DNA of 32,000 bases from Candidatus Saccharimonadota bacterium (GTDB lineage Bacteria; Patescibacteriota; Saccharimonadia; Saccharimonadales; Saccharimonadaceae): positions 840,001 to 872,000 of the forward strand of contig JAIUPJ010000001.1 in NCBI GenBank assembly GCA_020160975.1. Direction: 5' to 3'. This document shows positions 15,872 to 24,591 of this stretch, in pieces. The stretch's first letter is position 1. Each line of letters opens with the position of its first letter. The translations under genes and the position numbers were made by a program. Under the pieces are notes generated by a model. The model ran no database searches and was not told where the DNA came from. It saw nothing but the letters and a program-made list of their open reading frames with translations.

Positions 15872-16190
15872 ACAGTGTTCCCCTCGTTTCATTGTTTTAC
15901 AAGGTTCCCACCAACCATTAGCATTTTGTGTAAGAATAAAACGGTCGCCTCTTGGCGACGCCTGTTACTCCCACTTACTACAAACTATTCACGACACCGA
16001 AACAATTTACAAGAACCGAAAAATAGTATACTTGCAACACTTTATGTCAGTAAGTATACAAAAGTATTGTTCGTTTTTCAGAGGTGAAACGCGCGGCAAA
16101 TGGCAAGTATAAGTTTTTTGCAAAAATCTTTAGAAAATATAGGGCTTGCAACTTCGTTTTACAGGTGTAGCGCGGTGATATAATGGCAGT

Positions 16191-16613
16191 ATGAGCAGCG
16201 AACAGACCAAGCCCGATCTAGCCAAAAACCGCACGGTACTTTTTGCGGTTGGTGGCGTGGTACTTCTCGTCATTATCATACTCGCAGCCATGCTATTTAC
16301 AAGGCCAGCGCGGTCAGTCGAGGCGTTTTGCAGCACGTTCAAGCAAGAAAACACCCGACTTGCCGACAGTCAAGGCGACACGTACAGCGTCAAGCCCTTT
16401 ACCAATAGTTCTAGCAATCCGCGCGATTTTGCAGACGCTCTTGGCAAGCTAGAACGTGTTGCACCAGACAACATACAGCCAGATGTTAAGACCCTCAAGC
16501 AACTCTTTGAAAAGATAGACAAAGACCCCTCGCAAGCGTTCTCTGCCAGCATGAGCGGCCTCGGTGCAGAAGATAGCGTCAATAAGTACACAGCCCAGCA
16601 CTGTAAAGAATAG
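16191..16613 (+). CDS. Membrane-anchored hypothetical protein
   Basis: 140 aa with a single N-terminal TM segment (VLFAVGGVVLLVIIILAAMLF). An extended -10 (TGATATAAT, 16176-16184) lies 6 nt before the ATG, which suggests a leaderless transcript. Confidence 0.55.
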   Translation: MSSEQTKPDLAKNRTVLFAVGGVVLLVIIILAAMLFTRPARSVEAFCSTFKQENTRLADSQGDTYSVKPFTNSSSNPRDFADALGKLERVAPDNIQPDVKTLKQLFEKIDKDPSQAFSASMSGLGAEDSVNKYTAQHCKE

Positions 16614-16699
16614 GCTACAATGCTACTTTTCCTATCAGAAAAGCAGCCAACTCCCCAAACGGCTAAAGCCGTTTACGGAGTTCTTAGATAAAGACAGAA

Positions 16700-17059
16700 C
16701 TAACGTGAGCGTCTAGCGTAAGACCTGCGAGCGCGTTGCATATCCGTTTCACGCTCTTTAGCCCAAGTGTTCATAGTTTCACAAAATTGAAGTAGCTCTA
16801 ATCCGAGAGGCGTTAGCTTGTATTCTACTTGTGGCGGCACAGCGGGGTAAACAAGGCGATCGAGCATGCCGTTACGCTCCAGCTTTCGCAGAGTTAAAGT
16901 GAGCGCTCTTTGAGTAATAGAAGATAACGCTTTTTCAATCTCGCTAAAACGTAAAGTATTCCCTTGTAAAATGCAAACAACGGGTATAGTCCACTTGCCA
17001 GAAATGACATTAGATGTAGATACCATGGAAGCGTTATTGTTGGTTATCGGCTTAGTCAT
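16700..17059 (-). CDS. HxlR-family winged-helix transcriptional regulator
   Basis: RFSEIEKALSSITQRALTLTLRKLERNGMLDRLVYPAVPPQVEYKLTPLG is present. Start ATG 17059 overlaps the MFS stop codon (CATGACTAA), consistent with translational coupling. Confidence 0.8.
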   Translation of the reverse strand: MTKPITNNNASMVSTSNVISGKWTIPVVCILQGNTLRFSEIEKALSSITQRALTLTLRKLERNGMLDRLVYPAVPPQVEYKLTPLGLELLQFCETMNTWAKERETDMQRARRSYARRSR

Positions 17060-18608
17060 GACGCTGGCTGGTGATATCAAGTCCTTTTGGAATAAGCGCG
17101 AACACGATGATTGCTATGGTCACTAAAATAATGCCGCCAACTAAGCCTATCCCTAAGATGGAATCATCAAATGCGCTTGTCGCTTTGGTAGCGAGGTCGA
17201 AAACGCCAGTCTGTGCAGACACAGCTAACGCATCTACGATGGACTTATTCGCTTGATCGGCGAGCGCGCCACTGATACCCTGTCCGGCAAATGAAGCGAT
17301 ATCGAGATATTGCCTGTAGAACGCCGCTGCAATACTTCCAATCACTGCCACTCCAAATACATTACCAAGGTCGTACATCGATTCCTCTATAGCGGCAGAA
17401 TTACCAGCTTTGTCTTGCGGGGTGCTTGACATAATGAGTGATGACGCAACTGCTAAGGATGCTGTACTAATACCAATTAATACAAGCGCAGGGACTAACA
17501 CGCCGTAGGTAAGCGGATGTCCAAACAGGAAAATATACAAAAAGCCAATACCCGCCATAGCTAAACCACTCGCAAGTACTGTTCGCGCGCCAATTCGTGC
17601 GGCTATTGCTGGTGCCAATGGCGTAAAAAGTAGCGCACCCACCGCAGTTGGCAATGTTGCTATGCCCGCTTTGAGCGGCGACCACTCAAGTACGACCTGA
17701 AGCCACTGAGCAATCAATAACATTATGCCCGTCATCGCAAACATTGAGAAGAATGCTGTTATCGCGCCAGCGGCAATTGGGCGGCGCTTAAAGAGGCGAA
17801 CATCGAGCATTGGTTTTGCCTGACGAAGACAGCGCACTACAAAACCGATGAGGAGCAGCGCAGAAATCGCAAATACTATCAGCGCAGTCGTATCATCCCA
17901 ACCTTCTTTTGCAAAATGTTTAATACTCCACACCAACGTGGACATACCACCAATAGAAAGTATCGTTGCTAGCATGTCCCAGCGCGGAGGTTGAGTGCTG
18001 CGAGCTTCGGGCAGTAAGAATAAACCGGCAATCACCGCGAACAGTGCGAATGGTGCGTTTATAATGAACACTGAATGCCACGAGAAATGCTCAAGTAATA
18101 GACCGCCCCCCACGGGGCCAGCAATTGCACCGAGACTGGCGATTGAAGCCCATATCGCAAGTGCGGTTGCCCGCTCTTTAGGGTTGCTAAATATAGTTCG
18201 TATCATAGAAAGCGTTGTTGGCATGATCATCGCGCCAGCCAATCCGAGTAGTGCGCGCAGTGCGATCACATGATTGGCGGTTGTTACGAATAGCACTAGC
18301 ACTGAGGCAACGCTAAATATGAAAAAGCCAGTCAACAGTAACTTTTTGCGTCCCCAGCGATCGGCCAGTGCGCTCATTGGGATAAGCAGCCCGGCCAGTA
18401 TGAGCGAATAGACGTCAACGATCCATAACTGTTGTGCCGTCGTCGGACTAAGGTCGATAATCAATTTTGGGAGCGCCATGAGCAAAATCATCATATCCAT
18501 CGTGACGACAAATAAACTCAACGACAGCACGCCAAGCGCAGTCCAGCGCTTAGCTGGTGACATTGTGTCGGCAGACATCGAAAATAGTGCTTGTAACAGT
18601 TTTTTCAT
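17052..18608 (-). CDS. MFS transporter, 14-TMS drug:H+ antiporter (EmrB/QacA-like)
   Basis: 518 aa and highly hydrophobic. LADRWGRKKLLL matches the MFS motif A. It lies next to a TetR regulator gene. Confidence 0.85.
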   Translation of the reverse strand: MKKLLQALFSMSADTMSPAKRWTALGVLSLSLFVVTMDMMILLMALPKLIIDLSPTTAQQLWIVDVYSLILAGLLIPMSALADRWGRKKLLLTGFFIFSVASVLVLFVTTANHVIALRALLGLAGAMIMPTTLSMIRTIFSNPKERATALAIWASIASLGAIAGPVGGGLLLEHFSWHSVFIINAPFALFAVIAGLFLLPEARSTQPPRWDMLATILSIGGMSTLVWSIKHFAKEGWDDTTALIVFAISALLLIGFVVRCLRQAKPMLDVRLFKRRPIAAGAITAFFSMFAMTGIMLLIAQWLQVVLEWSPLKAGIATLPTAVGALLFTPLAPAIAARIGARTVLASGLAMAGIGFLYIFLFGHPLTYGVLVPALVLIGISTASLAVASSLIMSSTPQDKAGNSAAIEESMYDLGNVFGVAVIGSIAAAFYRQYLDIASFAGQGISGALADQANKSIVDALAVSAQTGVFDLATKATSAFDDSILGIGLVGGIILVTIAIIVFALIPKGLDITSQRHD

Positions 18609-19168
18609 GATTCTTTCCCTCCAGACTTCATGAGATTAGCAAATATATTTGTCATCATCGCCTCGCTAAATGGCTCGTTGTGTAGGATGGTATATACCAA
18701 CGCACCGTCACTAAATACAGCAATAGCTTGTGCCGCTTCCTTGTCGGTGTGCTTTGACAAGACCGCCACGAGACCATCAAACCAGCGCGTTGCCAACGGG
18801 CGGAGCGAGGGGTCATCTGTACTAGCGACAAAAAACGCGACATCGGCATGTATTCTGACTGTATCTTGTAGGTATTCATAAAGTAGTTGAGCTAGTTTTG
18901 CAGGGCTACTGTTACGGGCAAGTTCCACATCTATTTCCTGTAAGATATCGTCGAGCATATCAGCGAGATAAGTCAGTGCTTGAGCTTTGAGGTCATCGAG
19001 CGAACTAAAATGTTGCGTAGTTGAGCCAAGCGGTACTTTTGCTTTAGCGGCAATCTCGCGATGCGTCAGATTATTGACGCCATTTTCAATAATGAGGTCA
19101 GCAGTCGCCTTGATAATACTATGTTTACGCGCAGCCGATTTTTTCTCAAACTTTGTTATATTAGTCAT
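18605..19168 (-). CDS. TetR/AcrR-family transcriptional regulator
   Basis: The HTH is NNLTHREIAAKAKVPLGSTTQHFSSLDDL. ATG 19168 is preferred over the TTG at 19177 used by the ORF track. Confidence 0.85.
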   Translation of the reverse strand: MTNITKFEKKSAARKHSIIKATADLIIENGVNNLTHREIAAKAKVPLGSTTQHFSSLDDLKAQALTYLADMLDDILQEIDVELARNSSPAKLAQLLYEYLQDTVRIHADVAFFVASTDDPSLRPLATRWFDGLVAVLSKHTDKEAAQAIAVFSDGALVYTILHNEPFSEAMMTNIFANLMKSGGKES

Positions 19169-19188
19169 TATGTACAAATGTACATAAT
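19167..19188. promoter_or_regulatory. Putative TetR operator (perfect palindrome)
   Basis: ATTATGTACA-AA-TGTACATAAT has 10-bp arms and overlaps the TetR start codon. Confidence 0.5.
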
Positions 19189-19452
19189 TAGACTAAGTGT
19201 GTCAATACAATTGCTTGGAGATTGCGATAGTGACCATTGTTCGCAGCTTGAATTAGGAGTAAGACCTATTCTGTTTAGGCGCTTACAAATCAAGCAAGAC
19301 CCTTACTTCACGTACTGTTCAATTATACGGGTCGAGCAAACGTATCAAGGTCGTTCGTCCCATTGGTAAACGTCAAGGGGCGCTCCACCTTGACACCTTT
19401 GCCATGCGACCCCGTGCGGTAACTCCGTTACGTAAAGTAAAGGAGTAAAGAA

Positions 19453-19740
19453 ATGCACGACGTAGCAGAACTACAAACTATCACTACCTACAATGGGTGG
19501 AGTAATCGAGAAACATGGGTTGTAAACCTGTGGCTCACGAACGAACCCTACGCCTATGATGTGTTGCAGCACATCATTAAAGCGTTCGATACCGTCGGCG
19601 AACAGGCCGAGGAATTAGAACGTCGTATCAGGCAAGACGATAACGCCCTGTCTGACGAGGCCTCGATGTGGAGCGACTTGCTAAGTACATCACTTGGCCG
19701 AGTAAACTGGTACGAGATTGTCGAGAACAATCAAGAGTAG
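19453..19740 (+). CDS. Hypothetical protein (95 aa)
   Basis: A strong RBS AAAGGAG lies 8 nt upstream. No motif was recognised (NGWSNRETWVVNLWLTNEPYAYD). Confidence 0.55.
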   Translation: MHDVAELQTITTYNGWSNRETWVVNLWLTNEPYAYDVLQHIIKAFDTVGEQAEELERRIRQDDNALSDEASMWSDLLSTSLGRVNWYEIVENNQE

Positions 19741-19807
19741 TACCTGTACCGTCCTGGGTATGACGTAAAACTGCCCCTAAAGCTATGCTGTACGGAAAGT
19801 AGACGGT

Positions 19808-20608
19808 TTACAAGCCTATACGTGCTGGCTCTTGCTCCTCGTCTATTTTCTGCCATAGCTTGCTAGTAGTGGTGGCTTTTTGTAGCTGCTCCTGTGTAAT
19901 GGTAGCAAAGGCTATATCTTCTGTATCGTCGAGGGCGTAGCGTATCTGCTTATTGAGTTTCTTTTGGGTTGGTTCGTCTTGGCAAATGCAAAGAATTGTC
20001 GGCAGATCGCCAGCGTCTTCTGGCCAGTCGCCGTCTGCTGCGTAGTTGATATAGTTGCGGACTTTGCGAACGCCGACGAAGAACGGTTTTGTATCGTCGA
20101 GTACATCAAGGAAGTAGCGGCGGCGGTTTGCGCCAGCTTTTAAGTTGAGGAATAGGTCGGGTGTCCACGACGGGAAGTAGTCATAGGCGGCCATATGGCT
20201 TTTGGTAAATATGCCGAGCTTGTCGCTATATATGGCTTGTAATGTGAGGACGGTATCGGCCACGTTTAGACAATGCGTAATAAAGTCGGGCGATACGGTT
20301 TTGTTTTTGTAGAGGGCTTTTATAGCCCACTCGTTTGTATTATCTGCTGGTAATTGTCGTGCGCCTTTTGGTGTCAAAAAGTATTCTGCTGGTCGCCCTG
20401 CGAGCTTGTATGACTTGTCGTAATGCTTACCAATAAAGCCGCGTTCTTCGAGTATTTGTAGCTTGTTTTGTGTAGTCTTCTGGTTCGGTTTAAGTAAGTG
20501 TTTAGCTATTTGTTTACTACTACTGAAACGTACTTTATACAGCCAGTCTAATACTGCTACTTGTTCGGGGTTTAAGGGTCTTCTATACTTTGGTTCTGCT
20601 GCTGTCAT
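19808..20608 (-). CDS. Replication-relaxation (Replic_Relax)-family protein
   Basis: 266 aa. The N-terminal winged-helix-like LNPEQVAVLDWLYKVRFSSSKQIAKHL pattern is typical of this plasmid/ICE family. Assigned from memory of the family, not a search. Confidence 0.5.
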   Translation of the reverse strand: MTAAEPKYRRPLNPEQVAVLDWLYKVRFSSSKQIAKHLLKPNQKTTQNKLQILEERGFIGKHYDKSYKLAGRPAEYFLTPKGARQLPADNTNEWAIKALYKNKTVSPDFITHCLNVADTVLTLQAIYSDKLGIFTKSHMAAYDYFPSWTPDLFLNLKAGANRRRYFLDVLDDTKPFFVGVRKVRNYINYAADGDWPEDAGDLPTILCICQDEPTQKKLNKQIRYALDDTEDIAFATITQEQLQKATTTSKLWQKIDEEQEPARIGL

Positions 20609-20681
20609 ACGTCAATCACTTTCTTCTTTATATTTATATATAAAAAGAGAGGAAAAGAAAAGAGGAAAAAACAGATAAAAT

Positions 20682-21721
20682 GGGTAATTATAGGTTGGGT
20701 ATCGGTAACTAAGTTTTAAGAACGCTTGTTAGTAAGGCTTTTGTACATCAGGCGCTTGCCGTTGATGTTATCAAACCAAGCCTCAAAACGCTCGCCGTCA
20801 GTCATGCCGCGTGTGTTCCAACGGAACGTGTACTCGTCGCAGTAGAGCTGCAAATGCTTTGCGCTTACGTGGTGGTAAATGCCGTCAATACCGCGCTTTA
20901 GGTGCGACCAAAAACTTTCTGCTGTGTTCGTACTAGCCATGCCGTTTACAAACTCTTTTGCGCCGTGATTAACGCTTGCGTGCTTGAAACCGATTTTAGG
21001 TAGGGTGCGATACGGCATGTGTTCGTCTGTGTAGATCGTAGCGTCAATGTCGATGTTCTTACGAGCTAGGGTCATAAGCGTGTTGCTGCCTGTGTCTTTA
21101 GTTGCGACTGCACGGAGCTTGCCGCCACGTTCAACCATACCGACAACTGGCGTTTTGCTATTCTTGCTGCCGTGTCCTTGAGCGCCTTTACCAGTTAGTT
21201 GCTTTAGTCGTTTGTGATAGTGCTTGTTGCTGTCCTTGCCGCCTATATACGCCTCGTCCATTTCAACCTCGCCAGTTAGCTTTTCAAAGCTGCCAGTTTC
21301 AAATACGTGGCGTATGCGCTGGAGCATAAACCATGCAGTTGCTTGACGTACCTTTATGAACTTAGAGAGCTGGATTGAAGATACGCCCTTTTTGATACTT
21401 GTACATAGATAGATTGCTAGTAGCCATTTACGCAGAGGTATTTTGCTGTCTTCAAAGATACTGCCGACACGGACGGTGAATTGCTGCCGACATGAGGCAC
21501 ATTTGAATAGCTTGCCAGCGTTTTTACCGCTCGTGTACTTATACGCCTTGCCGATAACGCCACATTGAGGGCAAGTTATCTCGTCTGGCCAACGACGCTC
21601 TTGTATGAAATCCCGACAAGACTGCTCGTCAGGGAATCTGTCTAGTAGTTCGATGAGGTTCATATCTTCCATACTTCCATTGTACACCTCTGTTGTGGGT
21701 GTGTCAAGCGTATAATTGCCT
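20682..21721. mobile_element. IS1595-family insertion sequence (ISXO2-like), approximate ends
   Basis: Imperfect terminal inverted repeats: GGGTAATTATAGGTTGGG (left) vs the reverse complement AGGCAATTATACGCTTGA (right). AAAAT flanks both ends (20677-20681 and 22-26 after 21700, i.e. 21722-21726). A single transposase gene lies inside. Confidence 0.5.
20716..21672 (-). CDS. IS1595-family transposase
   Basis: Start MEDMNLIELLDRFPDEQSCRDF. It has an N-terminal zinc ribbon (CPQCG...CASCRQQFT) and an ISXO2-like DDE region (EVEMDEAYIGGK...YTDEH...NTAESFWSHLKR). Confidence 0.88.
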   Translation of the reverse strand: MEDMNLIELLDRFPDEQSCRDFIQERRWPDEITCPQCGVIGKAYKYTSGKNAGKLFKCASCRQQFTVRVGSIFEDSKIPLRKWLLAIYLCTSIKKGVSSIQLSKFIKVRQATAWFMLQRIRHVFETGSFEKLTGEVEMDEAYIGGKDSNKHYHKRLKQLTGKGAQGHGSKNSKTPVVGMVERGGKLRAVATKDTGSNTLMTLARKNIDIDATIYTDEHMPYRTLPKIGFKHASVNHGAKEFVNGMASTNTAESFWSHLKRGIDGIYHHVSAKHLQLYCDEYTFRWNTRGMTDGERFEAWFDNINGKRLMYKSLTNKRS

Positions 21722-21968
21722 AAAATTATTACACACCTTATATAATGCGGCGGCCATTCGAGCGGGCCGTCCCCGACCCGACCCGCCGGGCCAATCACAT
21801 TCTTGCTCAAAATCGGTACGACTTAGTTGTATAAATCCACCATGCGATCATTCTTAGACGCACCGGCATCTTTTTTTGATTGGCTTGCACGTTGATGAAA
21901 GTGCTTATTTGTGGGGTGTAAACATAGTTTCTGGGTCGAGATAAACCCCAGAAGGAAATAGAACCTGT

Positions 21969-22725
21969 TTGCACTCGAGTCTATCCTGTAGTGACAGATT
22001 GAGAAATATGAGCGAAGAAGAGCAAAGAGGCGTTGCGCTAGCGGGGTTCTTTGCGGAACTATCCATAACTCCGACAACCTCAGCTATAGTTTTTGATGAC
22101 CCAGTTACATCATTGGACCACCTCAATGTGGAATGGATCCTAAGCGTGTTGCTCTCGAGGCGCTAACCAGGCAGGTAATTGTTTTTACGCATAATGCACT
22201 ATTTGCAAGTGAGCTTGAAAGGGCTATTGATGAGCTTAGCGGAAAATATACAGTTAGATCAATTGAAAAATCTGCAAGCCCTGGTGTCGTGCGCGAAAGC
22301 CTTCCCTTTGACACTATGAAAACTGGTCAACGAATTGATTTTCTTGAAAAGCGCACACCTCCAGTTAAGCTAAGTTTGAATATAATGAAGATGATTACAA
22401 GTCCGAAACAGAAAGTTTTTACAAGGATTGAAGGAGAACCTGGGAAAGAGCTATAGAGGAAGTTCTATTGAACGGGATCGCAATTCGCTATCGCAGAGCT
22501 GTAAAACCAGGCAATGTTAATGACATATTTATCAATGATACCGACAAACAGCTAATAGCCGATAATATGCATACCTGCTCAAAGTATATGCACGATCCTG
22601 CGGATGAAACGGGCGGTACTGAAACGCCTAAGCCAGATAATATGAAAGATGATTTACAGATTATAAAAGATTGGGTTACTGATATTAAGCAGCGAGTTAA
22701 GGCGGCAAAAACTGCAAAGTCTTAG
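21969..22725 (+). pseudogene. 3' remnant of an AAA_13-type (PrrC/RloA-like ABC-fold) ATPase gene, frameshifted and 5'-truncated
   Basis: Three consecutive ORFs lie in different frames. MSEEEQRGVALAGFFAEL (signature-like), IVFDDPVTSLDH (Walker B/D-loop) and RQVIVFTHNALF are present. No Walker A part remains, and the IS sits immediately upstream. Confidence 0.6.
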
Positions 22726-22750
22726 GGCTTATTTTGCTATGATATAAGAT

Positions 22751-23314
22751 ATGAAAACAGCAATTACTCTTCACGGCACATTTGGTTCGCCACACGGGAA
22801 CTGGTTTCAGTGGCTAAAGAATGAGCTTGAAGAAAAAGGTTTCGCTGTGTGGTTGCCACAATTGCCCCACGCCGAACAACCCAGTCTTAGAAAATGGCAA
22901 CTATTTGTAAAAGAAAAATGTCCATTTCCTATCAACGAACAGACACTTATTGTCGGACATTCTAGCGGCGCAATACTAGCGCTAGTATTAGCAGAGAATA
23001 ATATGGAAAAGATTGGAGCAATAGTTGATGTGTCGGTCTTCCACGATAACTCATTGCAGTGGCAACCAAATGACAAACTCTTTGATGTTCAATTTAACTG
23101 GACCGCTATCCGGGAGGGTGTGAAAGAGCTGCTATTTATTCATTCGGACAATGACCCTTATGTGCCGCTTAATCAAGCACAGTTCGTATCAACAAATACA
23201 GGTGCTGAGATGATAGTTGTTCCCGGCGAAGGTCATTTCAACTTAGAACGAAGCGATGAGTATAAGCAATTCCATAAACTACTAGAGATATTAGAGGATA
23301 GAAAGCTGGTTTAA
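22751..23314 (+). CDS. RBBP9/YdeN-family alpha/beta serine hydrolase
   Basis: 187 aa with LHGTFGSPHGNWF, the nucleophile elbow GHSSG, and SDNDPYVP...GHF. Confidence 0.75.
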   Translation: MKTAITLHGTFGSPHGNWFQWLKNELEEKGFAVWLPQLPHAEQPSLRKWQLFVKEKCPFPINEQTLIVGHSSGAILALVLAENNMEKIGAIVDVSVFHDNSLQWQPNDKLFDVQFNWTAIREGVKELLFIHSDNDPYVPLNQAQFVSTNTGAEMIVVPGEGHFNLERSDEYKQFHKLLEILEDRKLV

Positions 23315-23315
23315 A

Positions 23316-23642
23316 ATGAGTACCTACAAGATTGTTGTAACTGTTCCCGAAAATGAAGCCGATAAACTTCGCGAGGCTATTGGTAATGTCGGAGGCGGTA
23401 AAGTCGGCAATTACTCTCATTGCAGCTTTTCAGTAAAAGGCACTGGACGATTTTTGCCCGTTGATGGTGCTAATCCTGCTATTGGGCAGGTTGGTCAGCT
23501 TGAAGAAGTCGCAGAAGAGCAGATTGAAATTACCTGTGATAGCGAAAGTGTTAAAGCAGTTTTAGTTGCAATTCGTGAAGCACATTCGTACGAAGAGCCT
23601 GCTATAGATGTGTACGAATTAGCGGAATTATCTGATGTCTGA
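23316..23642 (+). CDS. PII-like small protein (COG3323 / NIF3-insert-like domain)
   Basis: KIVVTVPENEADKLREAIGNVGGGKVGNYSHCSF...GRFLPVDGANPAIGQVG...AHSYEEPAIDVYEL matches this family as I remember it. Confidence 0.6.
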   Translation: MSTYKIVVTVPENEADKLREAIGNVGGGKVGNYSHCSFSVKGTGRFLPVDGANPAIGQVGQLEEVAEEQIEITCDSESVKAVLVAIREAHSYEEPAIDVYELAELSDV

Positions 23643-24591
23643 ACTTCAAACACCAGCGGACCGACTAAATTACACAGGTGACCTTACGCCAGTCATTGAG
23701 CGTGTCTGTGAAACTTATGGCGTTGGTCAGTTGAGCGCAAGTAGTATCGTTGAAGTCGGTTATGAGGATTGTAATGTCGTCATAGAAACCGACCAAGCAA
23801 AGTTTGTCGCCAAGATGTTTGCTAAGACACGAACACCAGTAGACATTACTCGCTATGCCACCACAATGGAGAAGGTCGTACAGGCGGGGGTACATCACCC
23901 AGAACTATTAACAACTGATACTGGCGAAACGACATATAGCGATAGTGGCGTTACGCTCGTTTTAATGCGATTTGTTGAAGGTAAGAGTTTCTTGGAGCTA
24001 GACCGCTCCCCGTCAGACGAAGAGCGTAAAGCCGTACTGGAACAGGCAGCTACGGTAAACAGTATTGATTATGAACCACCCTATCTATTTGATAGCTGGG
24101 CTATTCCAAACATTCACGCGATGCTTGAAAAGGTAGAGCAGTATATTGCGCCAGAAGACCTACCATTAGTTGAGCAAGCGATTGCAGGCTATGATGCTAT
24201 CCCTACAGACGACCTGCCACACTGTTTTGTACACGGCGACTTCACCAAAGCTAATGTCATTAAAGGCGAAGATGGCAAAATATATATTCTAGACTTTTCG
24301 GTTGCTAATCGTTATCCACGGATACAAGAGCTGGCAGTAATTGTTGCCAACCTACTGCACGATGACGGCGAAGAAACGCTAGAGCAGAAATGCAAGCGAG
24401 TAGCAGATGAATACAGTGAATTTAATCCATTGAATGACCAGGAGCGCAAGCATCTACCTGCCTACGCACTGGCTGGCATAGCTATGGAATTTATGGGCGC
24501 ACATCAAGAGAAGTATATAAACGGCAACGACACAGAGGAGACCGACTATTGGCTCAGCCTGGGGCGTGAGGGCTTGCGCAAGGCTCAGTAG
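23635..24591 (+). CDS. APH-family phosphotransferase (aminoglycoside/homoserine-kinase-II-like)
   Basis: Catalytic loop CFVHGDFTKANVI and metal-binding YILDFS are present. The start overlaps the upstream stop (ATGTCTGA). Confidence 0.75.
   Translation: MSELQTPADRLNYTGDLTPVIERVCETYGVGQLSASSIVEVGYEDCNVVIETDQAKFVAKMFAKTRTPVDITRYATTMEKVVQAGVHHPELLTTDTGETTYSDSGVTLVLMRFVEGKSFLELDRSPSDEERKAVLEQAATVNSIDYEPPYLFDSWAIPNIHAMLEKVEQYIAPEDLPLVEQAIAGYDAIPTDDLPHCFVHGDFTKANVIKGEDGKIYILDFSVANRYPRIQELAVIVANLLHDDGEETLEQKCKRVADEYSEFNPLNDQERKHLPAYALAGIAMEFMGAHQEKYINGNDTEETDYWLSLGREGLRKAQ

Noticed and set aside
16621-16680. Hairpins between the convergent genes 16191-16613 and 16700-17059 (CTTTTC..GAAAAG; AAACGGC-TAA-GCCGTTT) as annotated terminators.
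   Set aside because: They are plausible bidirectional terminators. However, the stems are short and neither has a convincing T-run, so they are not listed as features.
21809-21826. CAAAATCGGTACGACT, which resembles the start of arm Y (CAAAATCGGACTTTCG), as a further att junction.
   Set aside because: The match is only about 11 nt. It is not preceded by a CACCA or tRNA-like left flank and has no Y hairpin downstream, so it is within chance expectation.
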